DNA of 64,000 bases, from assembly GCA_905178155.1 (NCBI GenBank), contig CAJINV010000004.1, positions 7,880,771 to 7,944,770 on the forward strand, given 5' to 3'. The notes below the pieces were generated by a model. It was not told where the DNA came from, ran no database searches, and was given only the letters and a program-made list of their open reading frames with translations. The DNA comes from Amoebophrya sp. A120 (taxonomy: Eukaryota > Protista > Dinoflagellata). The first letter of the stretch is position 1. Each line of letters begins with the position of its first letter. The translations under genes were made by a program, and so were the position numbers. Of the stretch, positions 11,176 through 23,400 are shown piece by piece.

Positions 11176-12975
11176 TTTTTTAAATCACTGGGATCTGTGA
11201 CAGCGTGGCCTTGTACTAGTGTGGTGAAATAGCAGCTCTACTGTCAACATCCAGGAACTTGAAGCGGTAGGTGAATTTTCATCTTTTGTTCGAGCTTTTT
11301 GTAGACAAGACCTCGATGTTCTTCATTTTCCGCAGTCATCGTGGATGCTAATGCACATCAAGTGTGGTCCGCAATGGATATCCACTTTGCCCGGAACAAG
11401 AGGGGCGCTTTTGATGTTGCGCATGTGTAGTGGTTCTCGAAGTAAGATAGGTAAACATCACACCGATCATTACTGCTGAGAAAATTAACAAGGAGGAACA
11501 AAGAGATGGAGATCGGAGGTCCGATCTGTGTCCGACGGTCAGAAGGTATAGTATAATGTGGACCAACATGCGATCTCGATCATTTTCATTGGTACATCAT
11601 AGAAGAAGTACTAACTTGCTGCGTTATTTTCCTTCGTGACTTACTTTCAGAAGTCCAAGAGGTTGATGGAAACAAGGAGACACTGGAAAGAAGGAACAAA
11701 AGCAGATCTACTCGACGTCTCTAGTGAAAAACAAGAAGTACTATAGTACTTGCACTACTAGTAGCTCGTCAGTGAAACAAGATCTTCTTGTCATCTCGTA
11801 GGAGTAAAGATCAGACTCGAGACAATCTGCGCTAGTGAAGAGGTACAACACGAAGGAATTCAAGCTGGCGAGTTGTCTCTAGTAAAGGAAGCGCGTTTTC
11901 TGCTTGTTGGTAATTCAAAAGAGCGGACTACTTCTATCCGCGCGGCCAGGAACTCGACCGATCATGAAGAAGTCAACGCTGATTTTTGTTGATCTTATGA
12001 TCTTGACCGCCCGAACACTCTTCTTCTTCTTTTTCTTACGGGAAAACAAAACGCACTCCTTCCTGATTTGTATGCTCAAGACCTTGAGCCAAAGGCTCAA
12101 AACAGAATTGTTCGTGTGTGTGTTTATCCCTATAGTTTCACTCTTTTGATTCCAGGGTCTATCTAATGTTCACGCTCTTGCAGTGTACAAGAAAAGAAAA
12201 AGATATGGAATAAACGTTTCCCCAAAAACGATACACGACTTTTACTTTGCAGTACGACAAGTACGATTCAAGCAGAAAAAACTGTACCGACTAGCGACGA
12301 CCAAGAGGTGAAAAAACAAGTCTTGACCGATGAGAGATTGGTGTGAGCACATGGTGAACAATACCCCTCCTCAAACTAGCCAAAGAACCTGCTTTTTGCG
12401 AAATGCAAACTTTGGAAAATAGGTGGCCGCGCTAGTTTGTAAAACTACTTACTTTGAGTGTATGCATGCGTTGTGTAAATGGTATTTATTTTTTCTACTG
12501 ACTCGCGTATGTGAAGACTATGACTCGGCTATGGATTGATCATACTTATGAGAAGGCCCGTGCTGATTTCATCATTGAAGACCAGCCGCCCCTCGTATTG
12601 ATCGTCCCGGGTCCCCGCCCGGTGCGGGGCTTTTGCTGCTCTGGAGATCGTGCAGCTGTGGCAGAACCCGCGGTAGGGCAGTATGTGCGCGCTGCGGCAG
12701 TGGTCTTCGTAGCTATAGGTTAAGCACGTGTAGTCCTCCTTGGAGGTGTTTTTGTGAAAAATTACACAAAACAGGCCGTTTTGGAAATCATCTTCATCGT
12801 TGTCTTCTCCCTTGAGCTTCAGCGTGAAGCTTTTGTGTGCTTTCTTTCTTTGATCGAGCGAACGAAACCTTCTGTGGACAAAACTCGCTAGCACAACTTG
12901 ATTTTTCACAGAGAGAGATCACGCGAAGAGCAGCGCTATCGCATCGATATCAAAATGTCGGTCGCCGTACAACGC

Positions 12976-13429
12976 AAGATCTTGTCGTATCGCGTTGCTC
13001 ACCCCGTTTCGCGCCCGTCGGATCAAAATTTTGATGGGGTTCGATCGAAAATCTTACTCTTTAGTCTTTGTCTATCAAGAAGTTTCTTGCTTTTTTTTGA
13101 AAATGATGAAGGGAAATAAATGCGATCATGAATTTCACGCGCAAAGGGGCACGACCTGGTTCTGGGTTCATTTCTTTTCATCACACGGACACTTCGAAGC
13201 TCTGCCACTTGAATTTCATTCTGTGAGTGCGCAGAGTCAAAAGATGTCCTATAACAAAAGAGCTGCTGGGTGTCTCGGCATCCGTTTCGTCTCGGTGTCG
13301 TGTCAATTTTAGTGGCACACAACTTTTTACGTTTAGAAGCTGTACTACTCTTGAAAACCATTGTATTTTTTTTGCAAACGATTTTTGCGACACCAGCACG
13401 AGCATGATGATTCCCTTGACCATAGAATA
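12976..13429 (+). repeat. ~450-bp direct repeat, copy 1
   Basis: Nearly identical to 18802-19244. Confidence 0.9.
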
Positions 13430-13844
13430 GACCAAGTGATCAGGCCGCCAGGAACAACTCGACCGATCATGAAGAAGTCAACGCTGATTTTCTGTGAACT
13501 TATACGCTTCCAGGTGTTGTTGTATATAAACCACTTTTCATTTTGTTAGTTCCTCGTACAACTGGTACAAAATAATTCTCCTATCGGTGCAAAATAAGCA
13601 AATAAGAAGTCCTAGTTTGAAAGCCGCGCCACGTTTTTGGATTTTTTCACCCATACAGCACTGCACGCTGTTATCTCTATCTTCTTGAGAAATTGATCAG
13701 CACTGCTGCAAAGAAATTTTGCCACGCGACTCACCGGAGTGGCGAACAACTTCGATCTCAGGATCTACTTTCTCGCATCAGACGCGCACAGAAGCACAGC
13801 CAGGAACACACCGGCGCTCGATCAGTTCGGCGTTTTTTATCAAC

Positions 13845-16800
13845 ATGAAAGCGCCACCTCCGGGAACACAGAAACGGGCTGTGAAAACCACGGTCGGCAA
13901 AACGGGAATAATGAAACAAGCCTTTCTACTCTCCCACTACTTGACGTTCTTCACGCCCGGCTGTGATGCCCGCGAGGGGCCGCCCTACCATTTTCCTGTT
14001 TTTACAGTGGGCGAGCATGCGGACCGACTAAAGCTGAACCAGGGAGATGACAGCTCAGCCGGTCACGGCACCCGCGGCAAGGGGCCTTTGGCGGCGCAGG
14101 TTTTAGCGTTTTTGCACGAACAGAGCACGGCGCTGGCGGCGAAGTTCGCCGCACGACAGGAGGTGGAGCAGCAGCTGGTGCGCAAGAGCAAATGGCGGAA
14201 GCAAGAGGAATATGCATTGCAAAAGTATTGTACTAGTATAAATTGCATATACAAATTGACTCAGCATTACAAATTCAATTTGTAATGCGGATTTGCCTTT
14301 AAGAAAAAGGTTTGTAATGCATAAACGCAATTAGTATGAGTACGATACTTTTGCACAGGATAAGGAATCCGTGCTACCCGCCGAGGGCGTGGTGATCCGG
14401 CGCAAGCAGATCCGGGACGGGGAGTGGCGCAGTCTGTTGCAACGCGCGGCGCCCTATTGATTGCAAATATGTCTGGGTCTGGAAGAGTCATGCTGTTTTT
14501 GCATGACACAGAAGGTCTGGCATGAAAGCTCTAGCATCACAGGTTTCCAGAAGCCTCCGCAATGCCGAATCCGCATCACAAATCCCCCATTTTGGTGACA
14601 GAAAGTGGGCAGCTTTTGCTGCCTATGCATGGGAGATTTTTCTGTGTTCTGAAATGCGCATCACAAGTTTGTATTCTTCCAGACCCAGACATTTTTACAT
14701 TTGATACGCCCGAACACGGAACGGATGTGCACGTGAACGCCGAGAAATTATACGAGTACCAAGATATCCTGTGCAGAAGTATCGTACTCGTACTAATCGC
14801 GTTCATGCATTACAAATTTCTTTCTCAAGTGAAATCCGCATTACAAATTTTATTATTCATGCTGAGGAATAGATTTGGCATGTGATTTATACTAGTACGA
14901 TGCTTTTGCATTTCATACAAGAGTATCAAATGCAACTATGTGTCTGGGTCGTGGTCTGACAGCCCAAGAACATCACACGGTTCTGAGTTGCCTGGTGTTG
15001 ATGTCTACTATTCTGCATGACACCCTCCGTTACTGCATGAGAGAAAAGCGGGGCTCTTGGATACTATACCAACGTGCATGACAGACTACACTTTAGAGTC
15101 ATGGGTTGAGAGCGCCTCACGTGACAATATTAAACTTGCATCTTATGCCCAGAGGTGGACTCGGACATATTTGCACTCTGTAATGACAGATCCCCGCTGA
15201 GTTTCCTCGCGGTCGATTTCTACAAGTGGTGGCCGTACGACGACGGCCGCGCGAGGAGGGACAGCTGCATTGCTGGAGAGATGAACGAGGGCACAATCAT
15301 CCCGGGAGGACGGCAGGAGGAGCGGCATCGTGGTCCACCCACCAGTCGTGCATCCACCTCCTCTTCTACTGCACCCAGGGAAGTGGATGATGATCTGCAT
15401 GCCGACGTTCGAAATCAGTTTCATTTTGCGCAGGAGAAGACGAAAATTGCGGCCCTGCTCCTGTCCCATGGTGCCGAAGTACTAGGGCGGACAGCGACCA
15501 ACCCCCTCCGCCCCTTATCCTGAGCAAAAACGTCCCCACCCCATAGTCGAGTTGCTAAATCTGCAACACAAATCTCCAGGCTTTGGAAATTGTGCATGAC
15601 AAGTTTCCAGCAGTTGCAGTGTAGTCGGGGTTAGCAAGGGAAGCCACATGAGAAAGCCATTTTGTCATCCTGTTTACGGCACTACAAATGCCAAAACACG
15701 ATTGGAAACGCTTCTCATGGGGATGCCCATTACAAATGTTCTTGTCGTCCCGCATTTGCATGACAACTCTGGGGTGGGTGCGTTTTTACACAGGATACCC
15801 CTCGCCGCTGTTTCTCGCTTGGGCGTCGGACGGAGACGCTCTGCTCCGGGAGTGGGAGCAACGCGGCAACAATGCGGGTTCTGGTATCAAATGTAAAAAT
15901 GTCTGGGTCTGGAAAAGTGCAGACTTGTCATGCAGATTTTCCATTACCCATGAGGTCTGGAATGCGGGACTTAGCATGGCAGACTCTGCGAGGTCTCTCT
16001 CTCTGTCGTGCCCATGCCTATCCTGCATGAGAAACTCTCCTCCAACTTGGGCAAACGTGTACAGCTTTTGGCACTCATCCAACACAGATTTTTGCATGCT
16101 TCAGATTTACCATGACAAGTTGCAATCTTCCAGACCCAGACATTTTTCCATTTTATATCCGGTGGGTTTAACCTACAAACACACGCCTTACTCCCGTTGC
16201 TCCGAGCCCACACCTATCAAATGTAAAAATGTCTGGGTCTGGAAGAATGCGCGATTTGTCATGCAGCTTTTCCGTGACCCATGAGGTCTGGAATGCCGGA
16301 CCTAGCATGACAGATTCTGTGCGATCTTTCTCATGCCTATCCTGCGTGAGAAACTGCCTCCCGACTTTGTCAAAACTGGACGACTTTTGGTAACCATGCA
16401 ACACAGATTTTTGCATGCTTCAGATTTAGCATGACAAGTTGCATTCTTCCAGACCCAGACATTTTTACATTTGATAACACCGAGCTTCCCGCGCTGTTTT
16501 TGCTGCATGGCGCCGACTTTATGCAGTTGTTTCCCCTGGACACCCACATGGGCGGCAGGCGGTGGACGACGATGGGCGAGGCGATGGAGCTGGAATCTTT
16601 GTTGCGGAACCTCGCCTCGTACGGGAGGAGGACCAGCACAGAAGCTTTCCAGGCAAGAACCGAAGAACGAGCGCACGCCGATCGAGCCGAGGAGGACGAA
16701 TTTTGGCACACGGACTTTCTGCCCGGGCTGGCCACCTGGCTGCGCAACGAAGAGCTCCGCGTGGCCATGGCGGTTTCTGAAGAGGACCGAAAGTTTGAGG

Positions 16801-18376
16801 CCAGCTTGGGGCTGGTTCGACGAGATTCCTCGTCCCGACCAGGTTCATATCAAATGCAAAAATGTCTGGGTCTGGAAACTTCTAATGCTAAAAGTGAATG
16901 ATAGACGCACTGCGATACGCAGCTATGCATGACAAATTTTTTGGCTGCCATGTCTTACGTATTCCGCATGGCAAGCTGCGTTCTTGCATGACAGGTACGA
17001 GGGCCTTTTCGTGCCTATGCAACACAGATTCTCGAGTCATGCCAGACAAGCATGACAAACTTGCATTCTTCCAGACCCAGACACTTTTGCATTTGATACT
17101 TCACACCGGCAGATTAAGGTGCAGCGAACACGGATTTCGTTTCTGTTGGAACACTTGGAGAGAGAAGTCTACTGTAATTCCGGGCGACCCGGACCCAAAA
17201 GCTCTTCGTCGTGTGCGGCAGAGACATTGGAAAAACCTCCTTCCCCATCTGCTGTGTTGGCTGCTCGTCGTTCCATTGAGGGTCTTCGTCTCCATGGTGC
17301 CAGCACAACAGCAAATAGTCACCCGACCACATCATCCTCGAGGACCATCGCCAGCGGCCAAGGGTTTAGCGTCGTCATGAGCTCTCCTGGAAGTAGCTTC
17401 AGCAGGTTTCGCACCGCAGAGCATGCGATACTGACGGAACCGAGAGACGAGACGAAGAAAGATGAGGAAGCTCTCGTCCTTCCCTACCGCGGGTTCCTCG
17501 ACTGCAAGACGGAGGCGGCACTCCTTTGTGTGAATAAAGGAGCAGATCAGATGGAGAGTGGGACGTCGGAGGGGCACGAACTACAACGCGAGCAACCATT
17601 TTTGCCACCGCCAGCTTGTTCCGGTTGTTCTTGTTCCGGCGGAGGGCATCAGCTGTTCAGCATTTTGCACCCGGCGGGGCGCGAGGCGCTCCAGCTGCAC
17701 CGGTACCGTGCGGACGAGCTCTTTTCCGCGGCTTCGCTCCCGAACGCCGTGAAAAAAAGCTTGCGGAAGGCCTGGCGGCACCGGCAGCACGCGGGCGTCG
17801 CCCCGGCGCGCCGCCGACCGGTGGACCGTATCGTAAGAAAAAACTGTTTCACTGTAAGGATTTTGCAAGTTCTGCACTACAAGTTCGCTACACATTACAA
17901 AGAAAACTTGCCATGCGTAAAACGCCACTAAAAATCACTTGTCTTGCATGTGTAGCAAGACAAATGCTTCAGTGATGCATTTTCTGCATTACAGGTTTAC
18001 AGTCAAGCAGTTTTTTCCTGCGATAGACCGCCGACTGGAGTTACTGCTGCTGCTGAAGGCCGTTGACGAGATTTCCGCGTTTCGCCCGGTGCCGCCCCAC
18101 GCCGGGGACATCACCGATGCCGAGGGAAGAACGTCGGTCGCGACGGGTTACTTTCTGGAGTACAGTTCGCGGACTGTCGAGGGAATCCCGCAGTGGCTCG
18201 CCGACCCGGGGACCGGGGAGCCGCCGCAAGAAGAACAAGCGGATACCGACGTCGAGCAAGTGCGACGGATCGAGATTCGCCTGCAAGAACAGACGCTGGT
18301 GGACTTTCGGAAGCTGGTTGCGCTCTGCTTACGCCTGAACGAATTGCATCTGGACTTTTTCGACGAAGAGGGGTGA
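13845..18376 (+). CDS. Multi-exon hypothetical protein (~801 aa) with degenerate ankyrin-like repeats
   Basis: Exons 13845-14210,14368-14454,14712-14764,14923,15188-15515,15803-15884,16163-16214,16482-16847,17104-17828,18031-18376 total 2406 nt and stay open after removing 9 TIR elements. Motifs KIAALLLSHGAEV...SPLFLA and ELPALFLLHGADF. Confidence 0.6.
14211..14362. mobile_element. Introner family B
   Basis: TIRs; TSD aggaa/aggaa. Confidence 0.9.
14455..14706. mobile_element. Introner family A
   Basis: TIRs; TSD cgccc/cgccc. Confidence 0.9.
14765..14917. mobile_element. Introner family B
   Basis: TIRs; TSD caaga/caaga. Confidence 0.9.
14924..15182. mobile_element. Introner family A (old), directly adjacent to the previous element
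   Basis: Degenerate TIRs; TSD aagag/atgac. Confidence 0.75.
15516..15797. mobile_element. Introner family D (TIR TATCCTGNGNAAAAACGTCCCCACCCC)
   Basis: TIRs; TSD cccct/cccct. Confidence 0.92.
15885..16157. mobile_element. Introner family A (reverse orientation of the 7729 subfamily)
   Basis: TIRs; TSD tctgg/tccgg. Confidence 0.9.
16215..16476. mobile_element. Introner family A (reverse orientation of the 7729 subfamily)
   Basis: Near-perfect TIRs; TSD acacc/acacc. Confidence 0.93.
16848..17098. mobile_element. Introner family A
   Basis: TIRs; TSD gttca/cttca. Confidence 0.9.
17829..18025. mobile_element. Introner family F
   Basis: tatcgtaagaaaaaactg...cagttttttcctgcgata; TSD gaccg/gaccg. 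Confidence 0.88.
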
Positions 18377-18801
18377 AACTTTTTGAACGAAAGGTCGTAT
18401 ACAACATCCTTGCCACGTAGGTTCATTTGAGTCGGAAGCCGAGGAAAAAGAGCTAGAAAGGCGGAAGAAACAGAAAGTAAAAGTGACTATCTCGTCCCAG
18501 CACGATCGTAAGACTTCAGCACCTCCTTCAGCCGCCCTTATTACTTCTCAAGAAACATCAACTACCGGCTTGTTTTTTGTGCAGGAGTTGTCACTCGCAT
18601 CACGACTCTTTTAGGCACAAAAGATACACAGATTGAGATGGGTGTCGTATTGCATTATTTTTGACGGAAGTCTAGAAGCAGCTTTTTTACAGAGCTGTAA
18701 CTAGCCTTACTCCGGCGCTTCGGAATATTTTTGATAATTTTGAGACGCGCAACGCCACTAAAAACGACAGCAAAGAGCGAGACTCAAATGGAAGGAGCCG
18801 A

Positions 18802-19244
18802 AAGATCTTGTCTTATCGCGTTGTTCACCACGTCGGATCAAAAATTTGATGGGGTTGGATGGAAAATCTCACTCTTTATGCTTTGTCTATCAAGAAGTTT
18901 CTTGCTATTTTTTAAAAATGATGAAGGGAAATAAATTCGATCAAGAATTTCACGCGCAAAGGTCCACGACCTGGCTCTGGGTTCATTTCTTTTCATCACA
19001 CGGACACTTCGAAGCTCTGCCACTTGAATTTCATTCTGTGAGTGCGCAGAGTCAAAAGATGTCCTATAACAAAAGAGCTGCTGGGTGTCTCGGCATCCGT
19101 TTCGTCTCGGTGTCGTGTCAATTTTAGTGGCACACAACTTTTTGCGTTTAGAAGTGTACTACTCCTGCAAATTATTCCATTTTCTTTGCAAACGAGTTTT
19201 TCCTACACCAGCACGAGAATGATGATTCCCTTGACCATAGAATA
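18802..19244 (+). repeat. ~450-bp direct repeat, copy 2
   Basis: Nearly identical to 12976-13429. Confidence 0.9.
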
Positions 19245-19312
19245 CTTGCACTGACTCTTCAGTGACGAGACTTTTACTCATGCACCACCAGTCTGATATC
19301 GAAAAATTTGAA

Positions 19313-19564
19313 TATGCATTGGGTCTGGAAGGTATGGAAGGTTGCAACTTGTGATGCGGATTCTGACATAGGCAAAAATCTGTGTTGCGCACTCAGCAAA
19401 AGATGTCCGATTTTGGTCTCCAAGACTCAGGGCATTTCTCATGCAGACTAGGCATGGAGAAGCCTCCGGAGAATTTGTCATGCTCTGCGCGCATTCCACA
19501 CTCGATTTGAAATGCAACAACTGCATTACTCTTCCAGAGGACCCAGACATATACGTACTTGATA
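19313..19564. mobile_element. Intergenic family A element flanked by a ~93-bp direct repeat
   Basis: tatgcattgggtctggaag...gacccagacatatacgtacttgata; flanks 19220-19312 and 19565-19656 are near-identical. Confidence 0.85.
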
Positions 19565-20415
19565 TGATGATTCCCTTGACCATAGAATACTTGCACTGAC
19601 TCTTCAGTGACGAGACTTCTACTCATGCACCACCAGTCTGATATCGAAAAATTGAACTGCTGCGAAATGAGCGAGAGATAAAGCCGCACTGTAGTGACGA
19701 GGGGAGATGATTCTCCTTGTGGGGCACGACATGGATAAGATATTAAGTAGGCGTAATATTATTTTCATTGTTTTCGTGTTTCGGTAATGAATGTTGTACA
19801 CGCAGCAAGGGAAAAAAAAATCCAAATCGAGCTCAACACCGGAGGTTACTGCAAACAAAAATGATCCAAAAACAAATCGGGAGGTTGCAAGAAGCCTAGT
19901 CAATTGCGATAATTATGCGAGTTTCAGACCATGATTTTGTAGAGAATTTGAAGTTTTTTTTTGTAGCATTTGGAACCATAGTGCGCAGCCGCACCTGCAG
20001 AGAATCTGACATGTTCATCAATTTATCAACATCACTACAGGTCCCGAAATTTGCTCTACCCTCTCCCTCCAGAACTACACCACAAATCATTCTATCCATT
20101 CGATATAATACTGCTACACGACTTCCCCGCCATAATTTTTTCAAGACTGCTGTTGTGGACCACCTAAGCGTCAAAATCTTTTTTTTGCCCAATCAATAAT
20201 TAGAGCCGCAAGAGGAGCAGCCTGCCGCGGTGCAGTAAAAGAACGAAGGCATGATAGTAGTTGCAGTTTTTTAGGCAAACAAGAGTAAAAATTGAAGACT
20301 GTCGCTGAAGATAAAGTAAATTTTTGCTCACATAATTATATTGTTTGACGTTGTGTTTGATTGTCATATCAAGTAGCTGCGCCTTGCTGTAGTACAGTAA
20401 AAAAACCTACCAAAA

Positions 20416-23400
20416 ATGACGAATACCACCTACCGCCGTTCCCGGAGATCGTCGCGGTTACGAAGTCGGAAAGTACTCGAACAGCGTTCTTCTCCCGCTC
20501 TTCACGGAAGGACGACAACCAAGCGGCGGAGAAGTACTAGCCGGATCAACAAACGTAGGGAAAAGGAAAGTAAAAACTACTTCGAACCTGCTAGAAGTTG
20601 TACAACTCGACGTCCAGGCGGCGACATGAAGGAGATGAAGCAGCAGCAGCAGAAACAAGGTGCATCTACATCCTGTAGTACAGCTGGCGCGAGTTGTTCT
20701 AATCCACCCACGACATCCTCGAGCGAGCACGATAATCATAGCAGGAGTCGCACGTCTACCGTGATACGAAGAGGGCGCGACAAAGGAAAATCTTCGAATT
20801 ATACTACTAGCGGGAGAGTAGAACTACTAGTACCGGCTGCAAATAAAAACCAGAATAGCCTCGTGGTCCACTACCCCGGTACACGAGATGATTCTGAAGG
20901 TCAGGAAGAACATCTACCCAACAAGTTCTTATACAAGAACTTCACCGACGTCCAGTCCCCCGCGGGCGTCCTCGCCTACCACCGGCAAAAGGCTGCTGCC
21001 GCCAAGGATGCGTCGCCGCTGCTGGTGGTCCCGAGATGTGAGGACGACAAAAATCAACATCATCAAGCAAATTTCTATCGCACGGAGGAGTATCGGCAGA
21101 GTGTGTTCAACGTTTTGATGCCCAAGACGATATCAACCAGTGCGACGACGTCGCAGCAAAGGACTGAACCCAGCAAGAACACCGGAACCGAAACCAGTAG
21201 TAATCCGACGGTGATTTTCCTGATGGGGTTGCCCGGTGCCGGGAAGAGCACGTTCAAGGAGAAATTGTTCTTTCGGAGTTGCAGTGGGGAAAAGGAAGAT
21301 GAGAATCAAACTCCCCAAGTACTAGAACAGCCAAAAATGAAGCAGCTCCTCGACCTCGATGACTTTGTCCAGGATGAACCTCCACTGCTCAACAATGTTG
21401 GCACATCAACTACAACTCTTGACGCTGACCGCGTCATGGATTTATTCGAGCAGGAAGTGATGCACAACTTACGGAACAATATTAAAGTGGAAAATAACAT
21501 CAAAATTCCGGTGCTAGAGCAGCTACAAAGCAACAATTCTTTCCTGAACCTCGAGCCAGACCGGCTGAAAAAGCATTTACGGGACAGACTGGCTCTGCAG
21601 AAGAAACAAGCGAAGTTATTTCGGAAAGAACAGCGGAAAAGGCGGGGACGTAGCAGAGCACAAGGAACTAGTGATGCTCGCAAAAACAGGTCCTCGTCCC
21701 GTTCCTGCGCCAGATCTAAAGGAGCTGCTTCCCGATCACCCCGATCGCGCAGTCGGGAGGAACGGCGGAATAACAACTCCTCCTGCAGCAGTTCGTCCCG
21801 TGGTAAAAAAACGAGAGGCGGCGGTCGTAGAGATGATGATGTAGAAGACGATTTTCACTCCGCAAGCGACCACGACGAACTCGACGATGCCGACCTTGGG
21901 AACATCCACAGCCTGTCCGTGCGGGCTTCCGTCGGGCTATTCGAGCAGCTACTGGAGGAGAGGGTAAATTTCGTTTACGACGTGTGCGGCGATAACTGGG
22001 GGTATAATTATTTTTGAATGTGTAGTCTTTTGGCATGCATAACCATAATCTACTCAATCTGCCTAATGGAAGGCGCTCGAAAATAAATCTGATGTCCTTT
22101 TGATCACATACATAATTTTTCCCACCTATCAGTCCTCTCCCACAACCCAACCGCCTCCGCTCGCTGCAGCAGTCCATTCGCCGGGCCGGCCGGGCCTGCT
22201 CGATTGACTAACTAAGATGGGCGAAGGCTGCAGCTGCGGGTTTCGACTAGCGGGTTAATCTAGTTTGCTGTAATGTAATTGTCACATTTATCTATGAGGG
22301 AGAACTACCACATGCAAGATACTAAACAAGCAAGAATGAATGCCAAATATTTCGTCCGGTTTCTCATGTAGAAGAAGCAAAACATGGTTTATTTTTTTGT
22401 CCCCAAGTCTCAACAACAAACGCAAACCACACAATAATATCGATCACAGGTGGATGCTGGACCGCATCGAGCACGCCAAGCACTTAAACTACCACATCGA
22501 CTTGATTTTCGTAGACACTCCGGTTGAGGTCTGTCTGTACCGGAACCGGCTGCGGAAGTGCGGCTACAGCTACCAGGACATCACCAACCACTGGCGCAAC
22601 CAGTACGACAAATTTGACGACGTCAGATCCGAGAAGTCTCGATTCGAAAAGTTCAAGGAATACAATGAGGGCTGTGGGGCGGACGAGATCTGTTTGTTGA
22701 ACAAGGAAGATTTGGGAAAGTACAGCTACCGGTGGACGGAAAGGAACTACCTGAACGGGTTGGAACATTTGAAGGTACAGGACAAAATGCTCGAGCAGAA
22801 GGAGAAACTTCGGGACCAGAAGGAGAACATTCTGAGGGTAGTACAGCAGCATCACAGCAGTGACGGTGGCAAGAACCACACTTCATCTGGCGGTTCGATT
22901 TTGAGCACAACAACCTCGGCGAACTCCAGTCCGACCGACAATCCGGAAGAACAAGTAGACTGTATTAATCAGGAGGTGACAAAGAAGATGCGGAACATCA
23001 ATTGTTCATCATCCTCCAAACGAAGAACGCCGGAGCGCAACTTCGTCCCAGAGGATATCATTCTCGAAAAAGCGGAGTACATACTAGAAAGTTTCCAGAA
23101 ACTTTGCCAAGCTAGTGAACAAGCGGGAAAGAAGAACTTTTTGTTCCGTGCGGTCGTGTGGGTGCCGTATGAGGAGGTGGTTTTATTGGCGCAAGAACAC
23201 GACATAGAGCAGCAGCAGGAAAAAATTATCGCGCAGACCGACGAAGATGGGGGAAAACAAACCAAAATCAAAGCCAAAACCCGACCTAACATCAACGTCA
23301 ACCTGCAGCAGGAGTACCACCGGGCGAAACTCGATCAGTACTTGTATCCCAGTCCGCGGATCGAAACCGCGCTCTTTACCGACAAGCTGTATGGGCTTCC

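Noticed and set aside
1560-16768. Many short ORFs with recurring peptides (LPDPDIF, KCKNVWVWK, MSGSGR, LQKYRT)
   Set aside because: These are translations of the TIRs in different frames and strands, not a protein family.
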